Part shown: in pieces, positions 1 through 8,233 of the stretch | Layout: each line of letters begins with the position of its first letter | Numbering within the stretch: position 1 is the first letter of the stretch | Assembly (NCBI GenBank): GCA_051874735.1 | Contig: JBJEGD010000002.1 | Location: 140,434-184,452, forward strand | DNA from: Candidatus Bruticola sp. | Lineage (GTDB): Bacteria; Vulcanimicrobiota; Xenobia; Xenobiales; Xenobiaceae | DNA: 44,019 bases | Direction of reading: 5' to 3' | The notes under the pieces: generated by a model | The model's input: only the letters and a program-made list of their open reading frames with translations | Database searches by the model: none | Told to the model about the DNA's origin: nothing | Position numbers and translations under genes: made by a program

Positions 1-287
1 GGTCTTCGTCTGGCAGCTCAAGCTACACTAAACCCACCATACCTTCGTCTGGCAGTTCAAGCTACACCAGACCCGGCAGGTCTTCGTCTGGCAGCTCAAG
101 CTACACCAGGCCCAGCAGGCCTTCGTCTAGTAGTTCCAGCTACACCAGGCCCAGCAGGCCTTCATCTGATAGATCCAACTACAGTAGGCCTAGCAGATCT
201 TCATCTAGTAGCTCCAGCTACTCTAGACCCAGCAGATCTTCGTCTAACAGACCTTCTTCAGATAGAAAAGGCAGACACGAAGACTAA
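1..287 (+). CDS. 3' end of a gene (partial) with a Ser/Arg-rich 13-aa tandem-repeat tail
   Basis: Frame from position 3 is open to TAA at 285-287: SSSGSSSYTKPTI-PSSGSSSYTRPGR-SSSGSSSYTRPSR-...-DRKGRHED*. A terminator follows. Confidence 0.75.
   Translation, partial: SSSGSSSYTKPTIPSSGSSSYTRPGRSSSGSSSYTRPSRPSSSSSSYTRPSRPSSDRSNYSRPSRSSSSSSSYSRPSRSSSNRPSSDRKGRHED
3..245 (+). repeat. About 6 degenerate 39-bp coding tandem repeats
   Basis: Unit tcttcgtctggcagctcaagctacaccaggcccagcagg recurs with in-frame substitutions. Confidence 0.9.
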
Positions 288-330
288 CGATCAAATATAA
301 TTTGCTTATATTCAGCAAATGTACTTAAAT

Positions 331-373
331 AAGCGAGAACTGCTTAACTGCGCAGTACTCGCTTGTTTGTTTT
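331..373 (+). terminator. Rho-independent terminator
   Basis: aagcgagaactgc ... gcagtactcgctt stem followed by gtttgtttt. Confidence 0.7.
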
Positions 374-446
374 GCATACAAGATGAAACAAAATGCAACT
401 ATTCAGCTTATAGCAAACAAACACTCAAGAAAGGAAAGGCTGATGT

Positions 447-1826
447 ATGGTATTTGCTCAACGCAATAGCAGAAAAACACTGTTAAGCTTAATTGCCTGC
501 CTGATAATTTCAGTTTGGCTGCCCTGGGCAGCTCAAGCCTCTAGCTATTCTAACCAGGAACTCGATAAAATTTTAGCTCCTATAGCCCTCTACCCTGACA
601 GCTTATTAGGGAACGTTTTAGCAGCCTCAACTTATCCTGATCAGTTAATAGAAGCAGACAGCTGGGCTTCTCAACATCACTACGACAAGGCCTCTGATAC
701 TTTAAACAGTGTAGCTAATAAAACATGGGATGAAAGCATCAAATCGCTTCTCTTAACACCTGAAGTTATTGCGATGATGGTCAACGATTTAACTTGGACA
801 GATAAATTGGCCCAAGCTTTCACTACTCAGCAGACTGAGCTCTGCAACTCTGTACAGAGATTGCGTCGCCAAGCAAAAAGTAATGGTGTTTTAGAAACAA
901 ATGACCAGGTGAAAGTAGTAGAGCAGAATAACGTTATTTCCATCGGGTCCGCTCAAAGCGATATAATTGCTGTCCCTCAATATTCGACATTAGTTTGTAC
1001 ACAAACATTCGATCCACTTGATACTTTTTTAAAAACAGCTTTAGTCTGGGGAACTGTGCGCACCTTAGATGCAGTATTTTTCGGTAGCTACTGGGATTGG
1101 CATGCGCATAACATTTATATAGGTCCCGGATATAATCATTTTTACTGGAACGGAGCTCCAACCGCCTGGTATCCTCATCCTCCAGTGCCGCCTCCTCCTC
1201 CACATCGAGATCCTCACCATCCGGCTCCTGCACCTTACGTACCAAGAATGCATCCCAGCCACAATCCTCCCCCACCTCATTATATAAGTAAGCAGAAGCT
1301 GTATCAGGATCGCCGTCCAGGTCAATATTACCATGACAAAAAACACCCAGAACCAGCTCCCTCGGCAACTCCAAATCGACCTGCGATTAAAGGAAATCCT
1401 AATTACCATTCTCCCGCTCACATAAACCAAAATACACACAGTAAGCAAACAAATGCTAATCAAGATGAACGGCCCAACTTTACTAACCGTCATTCATCTT
1501 TGCCCCAAGCAGATACTAAACACACAGGCGATCACAAAGCGCCTCATAACCTGAATCAGGATGCCAGACAGCAGGTGCAACATAAACAAAACCAAGAAGC
1601 TAGACAACAGCAGCACAATCTGAATCAGGACGCCAAACAGCAAGTGCAGCAGAAACAAAACCAAGAAGCTAGACAACAGCAGCACGGCCTGAATCAGGAT
1701 GCCAGACAGCAGGTGCAGCGGAAACAAAGCCAGGAAGCTAGGCAACGGCGACTGCAAAGACCGACTCAACCTAGTAGCAGCCCAAATAGAGAACCTAGCA
1801 CCAGATTGTCACGGCATAAAAGGTAG
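447..1826 (+). CDS. DUF3300 domain-containing secreted protein with Pro/His-rich and Gln-rich disordered tail
   Basis: Signal peptide; family motif LAPIALYPDSLLGNVLAASTYP...WDESIKSL...WTDKLAQAF...VQRLRRQA. Confidence 0.85.
   Translation: MVFAQRNSRKTLLSLIACLIISVWLPWAAQASSYSNQELDKILAPIALYPDSLLGNVLAASTYPDQLIEADSWASQHHYDKASDTLNSVANKTWDESIKSLLLTPEVIAMMVNDLTWTDKLAQAFTTQQTELCNSVQRLRRQAKSNGVLETNDQVKVVEQNNVISIGSAQSDIIAVPQYSTLVCTQTFDPLDTFLKTALVWGTVRTLDAVFFGSYWDWHAHNIYIGPGYNHFYWNGAPTAWYPHPPVPPPPPHRDPHHPAPAPYVPRMHPSHNPPPPHYISKQKLYQDRRPGQYYHDKKHPEPAPSATPNRPAIKGNPNYHSPAHINQNTHSKQTNANQDERPNFTNRHSSLPQADTKHTGDHKAPHNLNQDARQQVQHKQNQEARQQQHNLNQDAKQQVQQKQNQEARQQQHGLNQDARQQVQRKQSQEARQRRLQRPTQPSSSPNREPSTRLSRHKR
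1545..1751 (+). repeat. 3 x 69-bp (23 aa) coding repeat HNLNQDARQQVQHKQNQEARQQQ
   Basis: Three consecutive near-identical copies in DNA and protein. Confidence 0.9.
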
Positions 1827-1993
1827 CCGCAGCTTTGTCCGCAGCAGAGATATACAAAAGCTTATCTAGGCTGCGGGCAGGGGAAAAAGGCTAAACTTCT
1901 AAAAGTACAGGCGTTTTAAAACAAGATAATGTTATTTGCCCCCATCGTAGATCACATCAAATCAGATGGGGGTGGGATTGTGAAACCACTATT

Positions 1994-3442
1994 ATGAATA
2001 CTACCACTGTAATTAGGCATTTTTTAGGCGCATTTCTATTGTTTGGTACCATGGTTTGGGGCGCAGCCTCAGGTACTTTAAGCGTTAGAGCAGCTGACGA
2101 TCAGACCCCTATTTTGAAGCGCGAGCTCTATTCTATAGTTAAAAATGCTAAAATAGACGAAAAAACTAAAGTAGGCGTCTATATTAAAGTATTGGAAAAC
2201 GGCCGAGTGGTCTTTTCCTCTGATGGTAATACTCCTTTAGTTCCGGCTTCCAATCTGAAGATTATGACCACAGCTGCCGCTTTAAGTATGTTAGGTCCTA
2301 ATTACCGCTTAAAAACTGAATTGCGCGGTCCTTTACCTAATAGCAACGGCCAAATTGAAGGGAATCTCTATCTGCGAGGCGACGGAGATCCTACTACAAC
2401 TCCTCCTTACGATCAGCCCTGTACTTCACCCTATTCTAAATTTATCGCCAATCTGAAAGCAGCTCAAGTTAGAGAAATTACTGGAGATCTGGTAGCAGAT
2501 GACTCCGCTTTCGATCGCAATTTTCTTCCTGAAGGCTGGCTAGAACATTACCGCCTCGACGCCTTCTCTGCGCCAGTAGGCGGTTTATCTCTCAACGGTA
2601 ATCTTATAGAAGTAGTAGTTTCTCCTTTAGGCTGTTATTTAGAACCGGCCTGTTCCACTATGTCTATAGAAAGCCAATATAGCAACAGCTACGATACCGC
2701 CGTGGAGCGCCCTAAAGGCAGCAATATAGTTAAAGTCTTAGGTGGCACACCAAGCGGTGAGATACGCCGTCAAATTTGTGTAGAGAACCCACCGCTTTTC
2801 AGTATAGGTGTATTCAAAAAACTTTTAGACAAAGAAAATATAGTTGTCCGAGGCAAGGTTCGTTTAATTGAGCCATCTGGAGAGGCAGCTTTGGTTAATA
2901 ACCTGCCCCGTTACGGTCTCCATCTATCACTGCCGATTTCGACAATTATCCAAGAAACTAACCACGAAAGTGATAATCTTTTTGCCGAACACCTTTATCG
3001 TTCTATAGGTCAGCTAACATCTGGTCAAGGCAGTGCTGAAAGCGGCATGCAAGCGTGCCGACAATTTCTTGAAGCCAACAATATAAACAGCAGCGGGTTA
3101 AAAATGGTAGATGGATGTGGACTTTCTGCTAAAAATAGAATTTCCCCTAACCAGCTAGCCAGCGTACTAGACGCCATGGATCGCAGTTACTATCGCAGCT
3201 GGTATAAGGAAAGTTTACCTCACAGCGGACGTGGCACTCTGCGCGGACGCTTGGGTGATGTAGAACTTCGAGCTAAAACTGGCACTTTAGATCATGACTC
3301 TTCTTTAACTGGCTATATTATTACCGCCGCAGGTCAAGAGCTAGTCTTCTCTGTCATTGTCAACGATGCCCCAATCTGGATTGCAGTTGATACACAAAAT
3401 AAAATAGCGCAGACTTTAGGTAGCTGGGACAGACGTCTTTAA
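1994..3442 (+). CDS. dacB: D-alanyl-D-alanine carboxypeptidase/endopeptidase (PBP4, peptidase S13)
   Basis: SxxK (PASNLK), SxN (ESDN) and KTG (AKTGTL) motifs; GNLYLRGDGDP; DGCGLS; N-terminal signal. Confidence 0.92.
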   Translation: MNTTTVIRHFLGAFLLFGTMVWGAASGTLSVRAADDQTPILKRELYSIVKNAKIDEKTKVGVYIKVLENGRVVFSSDGNTPLVPASNLKIMTTAAALSMLGPNYRLKTELRGPLPNSNGQIEGNLYLRGDGDPTTTPPYDQPCTSPYSKFIANLKAAQVREITGDLVADDSAFDRNFLPEGWLEHYRLDAFSAPVGGLSLNGNLIEVVVSPLGCYLEPACSTMSIESQYSNSYDTAVERPKGSNIVKVLGGTPSGEIRRQICVENPPLFSIGVFKKLLDKENIVVRGKVRLIEPSGEAALVNNLPRYGLHLSLPISTIIQETNHESDNLFAEHLYRSIGQLTSGQGSAESGMQACRQFLEANNINSSGLKMVDGCGLSAKNRISPNQLASVLDAMDRSYYRSWYKESLPHSGRGTLRGRLGDVELRAKTGTLDHDSSLTGYIITAAGQELVFSVIVNDAPIWIAVDTQNKIAQTLGSWDRRL

Positions 3443-3473
3443 TCTAGTACTTAATTGCTCCCCCGCTTTATAT

Positions 3474-3514
3474 AAAAAAACAGGCTACCGTATAAGAACG
3501 GCCGCCTGTTTTTT
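3474..3514. terminator. Bidirectional terminator between convergent dacB and xdhC-like genes
   Basis: aaaaaaacaggc ... gcctgtttttt. Confidence 0.8.
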
Positions 3515-3532
3515 AGAATTTTTCAGCTAACC

Positions 3533-4717
3533 TTAACTTTTATGGGCTAATTTGGCACTAGAATCATGATTCAAACTTATTTCCTGTCCCCTACCGTGGT
3601 TAAAGGTGCTGACTATTTCTGCCATTATCGCTACAGCAATCTCTTCCGGAGTTTCACCTCCTAAATCGAGACCTATAGGAGCATGAACTCGCGACAGCCA
3701 CTCAGAAGAGACACCATCTGCCAGCAAATGCTCCATAATAATACGCGTACGCCGTTTGCTGCCAATCATACCTAAATAGCCTAAATCTTTGCCTATCAGG
3801 CAGCGAAGACATTCTTCGTCGTGTTTATGACCGCGAGTCACTAAAACTACAGCACAATTATCATCCAGGCAAGGTTCTAAATCGGCAAAGAATTCACTGA
3901 AAGGCTTAGAAATAACCTCGATTCCTTCGGCAAAAAGACTAGGATCGGCATATAAAGGACGATCATCGTTAACAGTAACTGCGAAACCGCACATCTTGCC
4001 AATAGCGGCTACAGGACGAGAAACATGGCCGGCTCCGGCAATATACAAACGTTTAGAAGGCGCGATTAACTCAGCAAAAACTTCTACTTGTCCATCTTTA
4101 TAGGGAAGCAAACGACATAAAGAGGCGCCACTATCCAGCACTTCCTCAGCCAAATTACGCAAAAGCGCAACAAAACTTTCATCGCCCGCATCTGACCGTT
4201 CAGCCTGTATACCATGACCAGGCCTATACAACCAGCGCCAACCAAGCTGCGGTTCTTCCTTTGAAGTAACTGGAACAGCGGAGACGGCCGTCCGATTATG
4301 TGAGCCTAAACAAACAATACTGACAACAGCTTCACCTGCATCGAGCAGATAGGTGAGCAGATTCTCAGCGATTTCAACCTTAGCAGGTTGGTCTTTAAAA
4401 GTTTCTACTAAAACTAAAAGACGTCCCCCGCAGATCATGGCCTCACCACCATCTTTCTGCACATCGCCAGTGTAAGCCAAATTAACATTCAGCAAAGCGT
4501 TGCCACCTTTACGGGCGGCATTTTTTGCTTCCTGCCAAGCCTCAGCCTCAGGACATCCGCCTCCTATAGTACCGACAACTTTTCCGCTGCTGTCAACTAA
4601 CATTTTAGCTCCGGCGCCTCGAGGCGTCGAACCGTAAGTACGAACTACAGTTACCAGCGAAAAAGATTCCTGACTGTGCAAATAGCTGCGCCAACGCTGA
4701 TAAAGTATACTGCTCAC
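3533..4717 (-). CDS. XdhC/CoxI family molybdoenzyme accessory protein
   Basis: GSTPRGAGAKM...GTIGGGCPE...MICGG; GAGHV; VTRGH..D; YLGMIGSKRR; HAPIGLDLGGETPEEIAVAIMAE. Confidence 0.92.
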   Translation of the reverse strand: MSSILYQRWRSYLHSQESFSLVTVVRTYGSTPRGAGAKMLVDSSGKVVGTIGGGCPEAEAWQEAKNAARKGGNALLNVNLAYTGDVQKDGGEAMICGGRLLVLVETFKDQPAKVEIAENLLTYLLDAGEAVVSIVCLGSHNRTAVSAVPVTSKEEPQLGWRWLYRPGHGIQAERSDAGDESFVALLRNLAEEVLDSGASLCRLLPYKDGQVEVFAELIAPSKRLYIAGAGHVSRPVAAIGKMCGFAVTVNDDRPLYADPSLFAEGIEVISKPFSEFFADLEPCLDDNCAVVLVTRGHKHDEECLRCLIGKDLGYLGMIGSKRRTRIIMEHLLADGVSSEWLSRVHAPIGLDLGGETPEEIAVAIMAEIVSTFNHGRGQEISLNHDSSAKLAHKS

Positions 4718-4764
4718 CTAACCGCTCCTTATGTAGAAAAGCCTGTAATGTAATAAAAAAATAG

Positions 4765-5331
4765 CTATTCCTGAGCGCCCGATTGCCCATTCTCCTGCTT
4801 CGGAGCCTCTACATCTGCGACCATCTCATTAGAACAAGATTGAGATAGCTCGACAACTGCTGCCGCTGACGCGCAGTCAGCACAACTTTTAGGCTGAGCA
4901 GGCCAAATACGGCTCAAATCATCAGCTAAGGCCAGATAATTACCGTTATAACAGACTTCTAAAAACTCTCCAATAACGGCGCCATCGGCTTTTACTTTTT
5001 GATGCTCAGGAAGAGCAGCCACACACTTACAAAACTCTTTAACAACCCGAGGCGCTAACTTAGCAGACTGAGTAGCCAGAGAGCCTACTCCCTCCACATA
5101 AGACCAGCTTTTGGCCTCTCCCCAAGCCGCCATCACGGAAGCAGACAAACTTGGGTCTATAGAATGTAAAAAAATCCAAGTTTTTTGCTCGTTGTTTAAA
5201 CTTTCCAGAGAGGGTACGTCAGAGAATTTTTCACAGCTGTAAAGAATTAACATAGCCACAATCAGCGGCAGCAGGGCCAGCAAAACTCCGAAAGGAGTCT
5301 GCAGCCCGAAAACAGTACAAAATACAAGCAT
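4765..5331 (-). CDS. Hypothetical membrane-anchored protein
   Basis: N-terminal hydrophobic segment; start overlaps the upstream stop at 5331. Confidence 0.65.
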   Translation of the reverse strand: MLVFCTVFGLQTPFGVLLALLPLIVAMLILYSCEKFSDVPSLESLNNEQKTWIFLHSIDPSLSASVMAAWGEAKSWSYVEGVGSLATQSAKLAPRVVKEFCKCVAALPEHQKVKADGAVIGEFLEVCYNGNYLALADDLSRIWPAQPKSCADCASAAAVVELSQSCSNEMVADVEAPKQENGQSGAQE

Positions 5332-6422
5332 TACTTAGTACCAGGACGCTCTTTAAGCGTCATTCTAGGATGCTCAAGATGTTTAGGATTGTCAGGATTA
5401 ACGCCTCTGGACATAGCTATATAGAACATCATAAACTGAGCTACAGGCAGCATCAGCAGTACGCGCGCAATTTCGCTAACTCCAGATTTGAGCTCTAAAA
5501 GTTCATCGCAGCGCGTCATCAAGTCGTTGGCTCCATCTTCAGCTATAATCAACCGATGCGATCTGGTGATAGCCAAATCAGCCATAACTCTCTCTTCTAC
5601 AGCTCTAAATGAATTCGAAACCATGCCTACTACCAAAGTTTGGTTTGTAGAATACCCATAATAGCCATGACGGTACTCAATAAAGTAATTGCTCGTGCTG
5701 GGCAAACCGGCAATTCTAGAGACTAAGTAAGCCGCTTCTTGAGCTACTCCATAAAAGGGGCCAGAGCCCAGAAAAGCCACATTGCTGAGCTTATCCATCA
5801 TAACAACCTGCTGAGCTCGAACTTGCCAATCTTTTAAATGTGCTCCTAAAATGTCAGGCAGAGCCTCCAGCTCTTTAAGCAACACCTGCTTACCGCAAAG
5901 CCAACCGACTAAGTTCATGCAAGCTAAAAGCATACCACTAGCCTGCAACACTGGCACCTTCAAATTGCTTTTAAGCGATGGGAAAGTTATTGAAGTAAGA
6001 GACAAACCAGCTTCCAAAGAGGCGCTATCACCAGCTTCAAAAGAAATAATCTGAGCTTTAGGATCGAGCTGCTTCAGTTTCTCAATTCCCCAGCCTAATT
6101 CCTGAGCTATATCAGGAGAGGAAATAGCCACAACTAAGGTACGAATACGGGCGTCGTAGGGAGGACGTCGTCCAAACATAATCTCGCTGGGAGTTACGGC
6201 TAATGAGTTTAAGCCGGATACCAAATGAGTTATCTTGGCAGCAGAGACAGCAATATTATAAAAGTCTGAAGTAGCCGTATAAACTACTTGTCCAAAGTTC
6301 TGTCTGCGGATCCACTCAATCATGGAAGCGCTGTTAGAGGCCATTGTATCTAAAATGCCGCGCCACACTTTGGGCTGTTCCTGCATTTCATTAAAGAAAA
6401 TGGAACCTTTTCTATAAAGCAT
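5331..6422 (-). CDS. Double SIS domain protein (GlmS-isomerase/AgaS-like), catalytically divergent
   Basis: EMQEQP start; FLGSGPFYGVAQE; EYRHG; Q..M..IAMSRGVNPDNPKHL; no glutaminase domain. Confidence 0.8.
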   Translation of the reverse strand: MLYRKGSIFFNEMQEQPKVWRGILDTMASNSASMIEWIRRQNFGQVVYTATSDFYNIAVSAAKITHLVSGLNSLAVTPSEIMFGRRPPYDARIRTLVVAISSPDIAQELGWGIEKLKQLDPKAQIISFEAGDSASLEAGLSLTSITFPSLKSNLKVPVLQASGMLLACMNLVGWLCGKQVLLKELEALPDILGAHLKDWQVRAQQVVMMDKLSNVAFLGSGPFYGVAQEAAYLVSRIAGLPSTSNYFIEYRHGYYGYSTNQTLVVGMVSNSFRAVEERVMADLAITRSHRLIIAEDGANDLMTRCDELLELKSGVSEIARVLLMLPVAQFMMFYIAMSRGVNPDNPKHLEHPRMTLKERPGTK

Positions 6423-6514
6423 TGTATCCTCTCATTTCCAATCGATCGTCAACTAACTCCCAGCTATAGGAACGATCGTTTCTTATTATATGCTCTTCGG
6501 TCGTATCCAGCATT

Positions 6515-8233
6515 TTACAGCAGACTCTCCAAAGCGCAAACCTGAGTGCCGGTAAAGTATCTAGACAGAATTTGGAGATAATTTTGACCACGCTTAGCCA
6601 TGCCAATAGATCCCCATTGACACATGCCGACTCCATGTCCCCAGCCTTGCCCTGAAATAACAATACATCCGGGTTCAGGCTTCAATTCGGCAGCTGAGCC
6701 TTCCGACTTGGAGCTTACAGTACTCTCTTCCGCTTCTAACAGATTCAAAACCTGCCCAAAAACGGGAACTTCCTCTTGAGATTGTTGTTTATCAGACTCT
6801 GCTTGAATATAAACACCACTGACAACAACAAACTTGGTAGAAGGCAGAGGACGATAGTAGCCGGAAGCGTCTTTAAAACGCATAGCCGAACGTATAGAAC
6901 TGTATTCCAAAATTTTGGAAGCTCCATTTTGGAAATGGACGCACAGTTTGGAAACACGCCCGGAAGGCCCTTGCTCTACAATTTCTAAGCCAGACACAGG
7001 CCCGAGTTTTTTCCCGAAATATTCGCTAAGCTCCTGCCCTAACTCTACTTCACTCCAACGTGCCTGCCAAGAATAATAACTAGAGGCGGCACAATCCACT
7101 CCCCCTTCTTCATCGATACAATCAACACCGACTAAATAAGGTGCCGAGGCTGCGCCATAAATATAAAGCGGACTCTCAGTATGTCCTCCACAGGCAGAAT
7201 GATAAAGAGTCTGACCGGCCAAAGTCCCATTATAAGCAAGTACTTGACCAACAGTATCTAATATGGCCCGATCAGACTGGATCGTTTCTGCTAAAGCTCC
7301 TCCGTAAACTTGGGAGTTAGTACTACAATCGACATCCCAGGACTTATCAGAACACCGACGCGCCCACGCGTAAGTACGCGCAGCTACAGCTTGAGCTTTC
7401 ATAGCTTCCGGAGCACTGCACAGCAATTCTTTAGGTATAACTCCGCGCAAGTAATCTTCCAAAGCCAGACAATTCACTAGATATAGAATGCCCGAACGGC
7501 GTTCAACTCTAATGCATCCTCTGTAAGCAGAAGCTCCAACCTGCAGAATGCTCCCTGAAGCACAGCTTACAATTTCCGAGTCAGCTCCACTCTGCCCCAG
7601 TTCGACACTTCTCTTATCTGTAGCACAACCGTCAATAACTAAACCTGCTCCTCCTTTATATGAAGGAGGACAAAAGGATGGAGAAGGTTCAGTTTTAAAA
7701 CCAATGGTGACAGGTCCGCGCCCTTGGTAGATTAACACTCTTATGGGATGAGACAGATCTTCTAACTGGGCTATATGTAAGTTGCTGAAAGAGTAACTCG
7801 GCACCTTCGGCGACTTAGCCGCCTGTTTTTCTAAATCAGTTGTAGATTTTTCAGAAGTGACGCCATTATTATTTAAAGTTGAAAAACAAGATTCAGACTC
7901 TAGCGGGATTATTACACTGGACGGTTCGGGAGCAGCCATATGCTCAGCCGCTTTTTTCTCAGTTTTAGAGATAGAACGACGGGAATAGCGCAATTTATGG
8001 CGGCTGCGGCGGCTCGACGCCGCAGCCGCAGTTTTAGCTTCGGCTGATAAACCGTCATCGCTATTAAACTGAGCAGCAGGTGTAGGTGAAGGTTGGGGAG
8101 ATTGGGCTGCTTCCAACGGAATGACGCTAAAAAACAGCACCAACAGCAACACAGGTCCCAGCGACTTCCATAACCTAAAATCAGCCCATTCGCTAAAAGC
8201 CGAACTATTCGTAATAATTGACTTTATCTTCAT
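6515..8233 (-). CDS. SpoIID/LytB domain protein (lytic transglycosylase-like)
   Basis: YRG...VN...LEDYLRGVIPKE...EAMKAQAVAARTY; SQVYGG; YHSACGGHTE; GQGWGHGVGMCQWG. Confidence 0.9.
   Translation of the reverse strand: MKIKSIITNSSAFSEWADFRLWKSLGPVLLLVLFFSVIPLEAAQSPQPSPTPAAQFNSDDGLSAEAKTAAAASSRRSRHKLRYSRRSISKTEKKAAEHMAAPEPSSVIIPLESESCFSTLNNNGVTSEKSTTDLEKQAAKSPKVPSYSFSNLHIAQLEDLSHPIRVLIYQGRGPVTIGFKTEPSPSFCPPSYKGGAGLVIDGCATDKRSVELGQSGADSEIVSCASGSILQVGASAYRGCIRVERRSGILYLVNCLALEDYLRGVIPKELLCSAPEAMKAQAVAARTYAWARRCSDKSWDVDCSTNSQVYGGALAETIQSDRAILDTVGQVLAYNGTLAGQTLYHSACGGHTESPLYIYGAASAPYLVGVDCIDEEGGVDCAASSYYSWQARWSEVELGQELSEYFGKKLGPVSGLEIVEQGPSGRVSKLCVHFQNGASKILEYSSIRSAMRFKDASGYYRPLPSTKFVVVSGVYIQAESDKQQSQEEVPVFGQVLNLLEAEESTVSSKSEGSAAELKPEPGCIVISGQGWGHGVGMCQWGSIGMAKRGQNYLQILSRYFTGTQVCALESLL

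Noticed and set aside
6515-8233. SpoIID as evidence of sporulation
   Set aside because: SpoIID/LytB domains are widespread in non-sporulating bacteria and no other spo genes are present.
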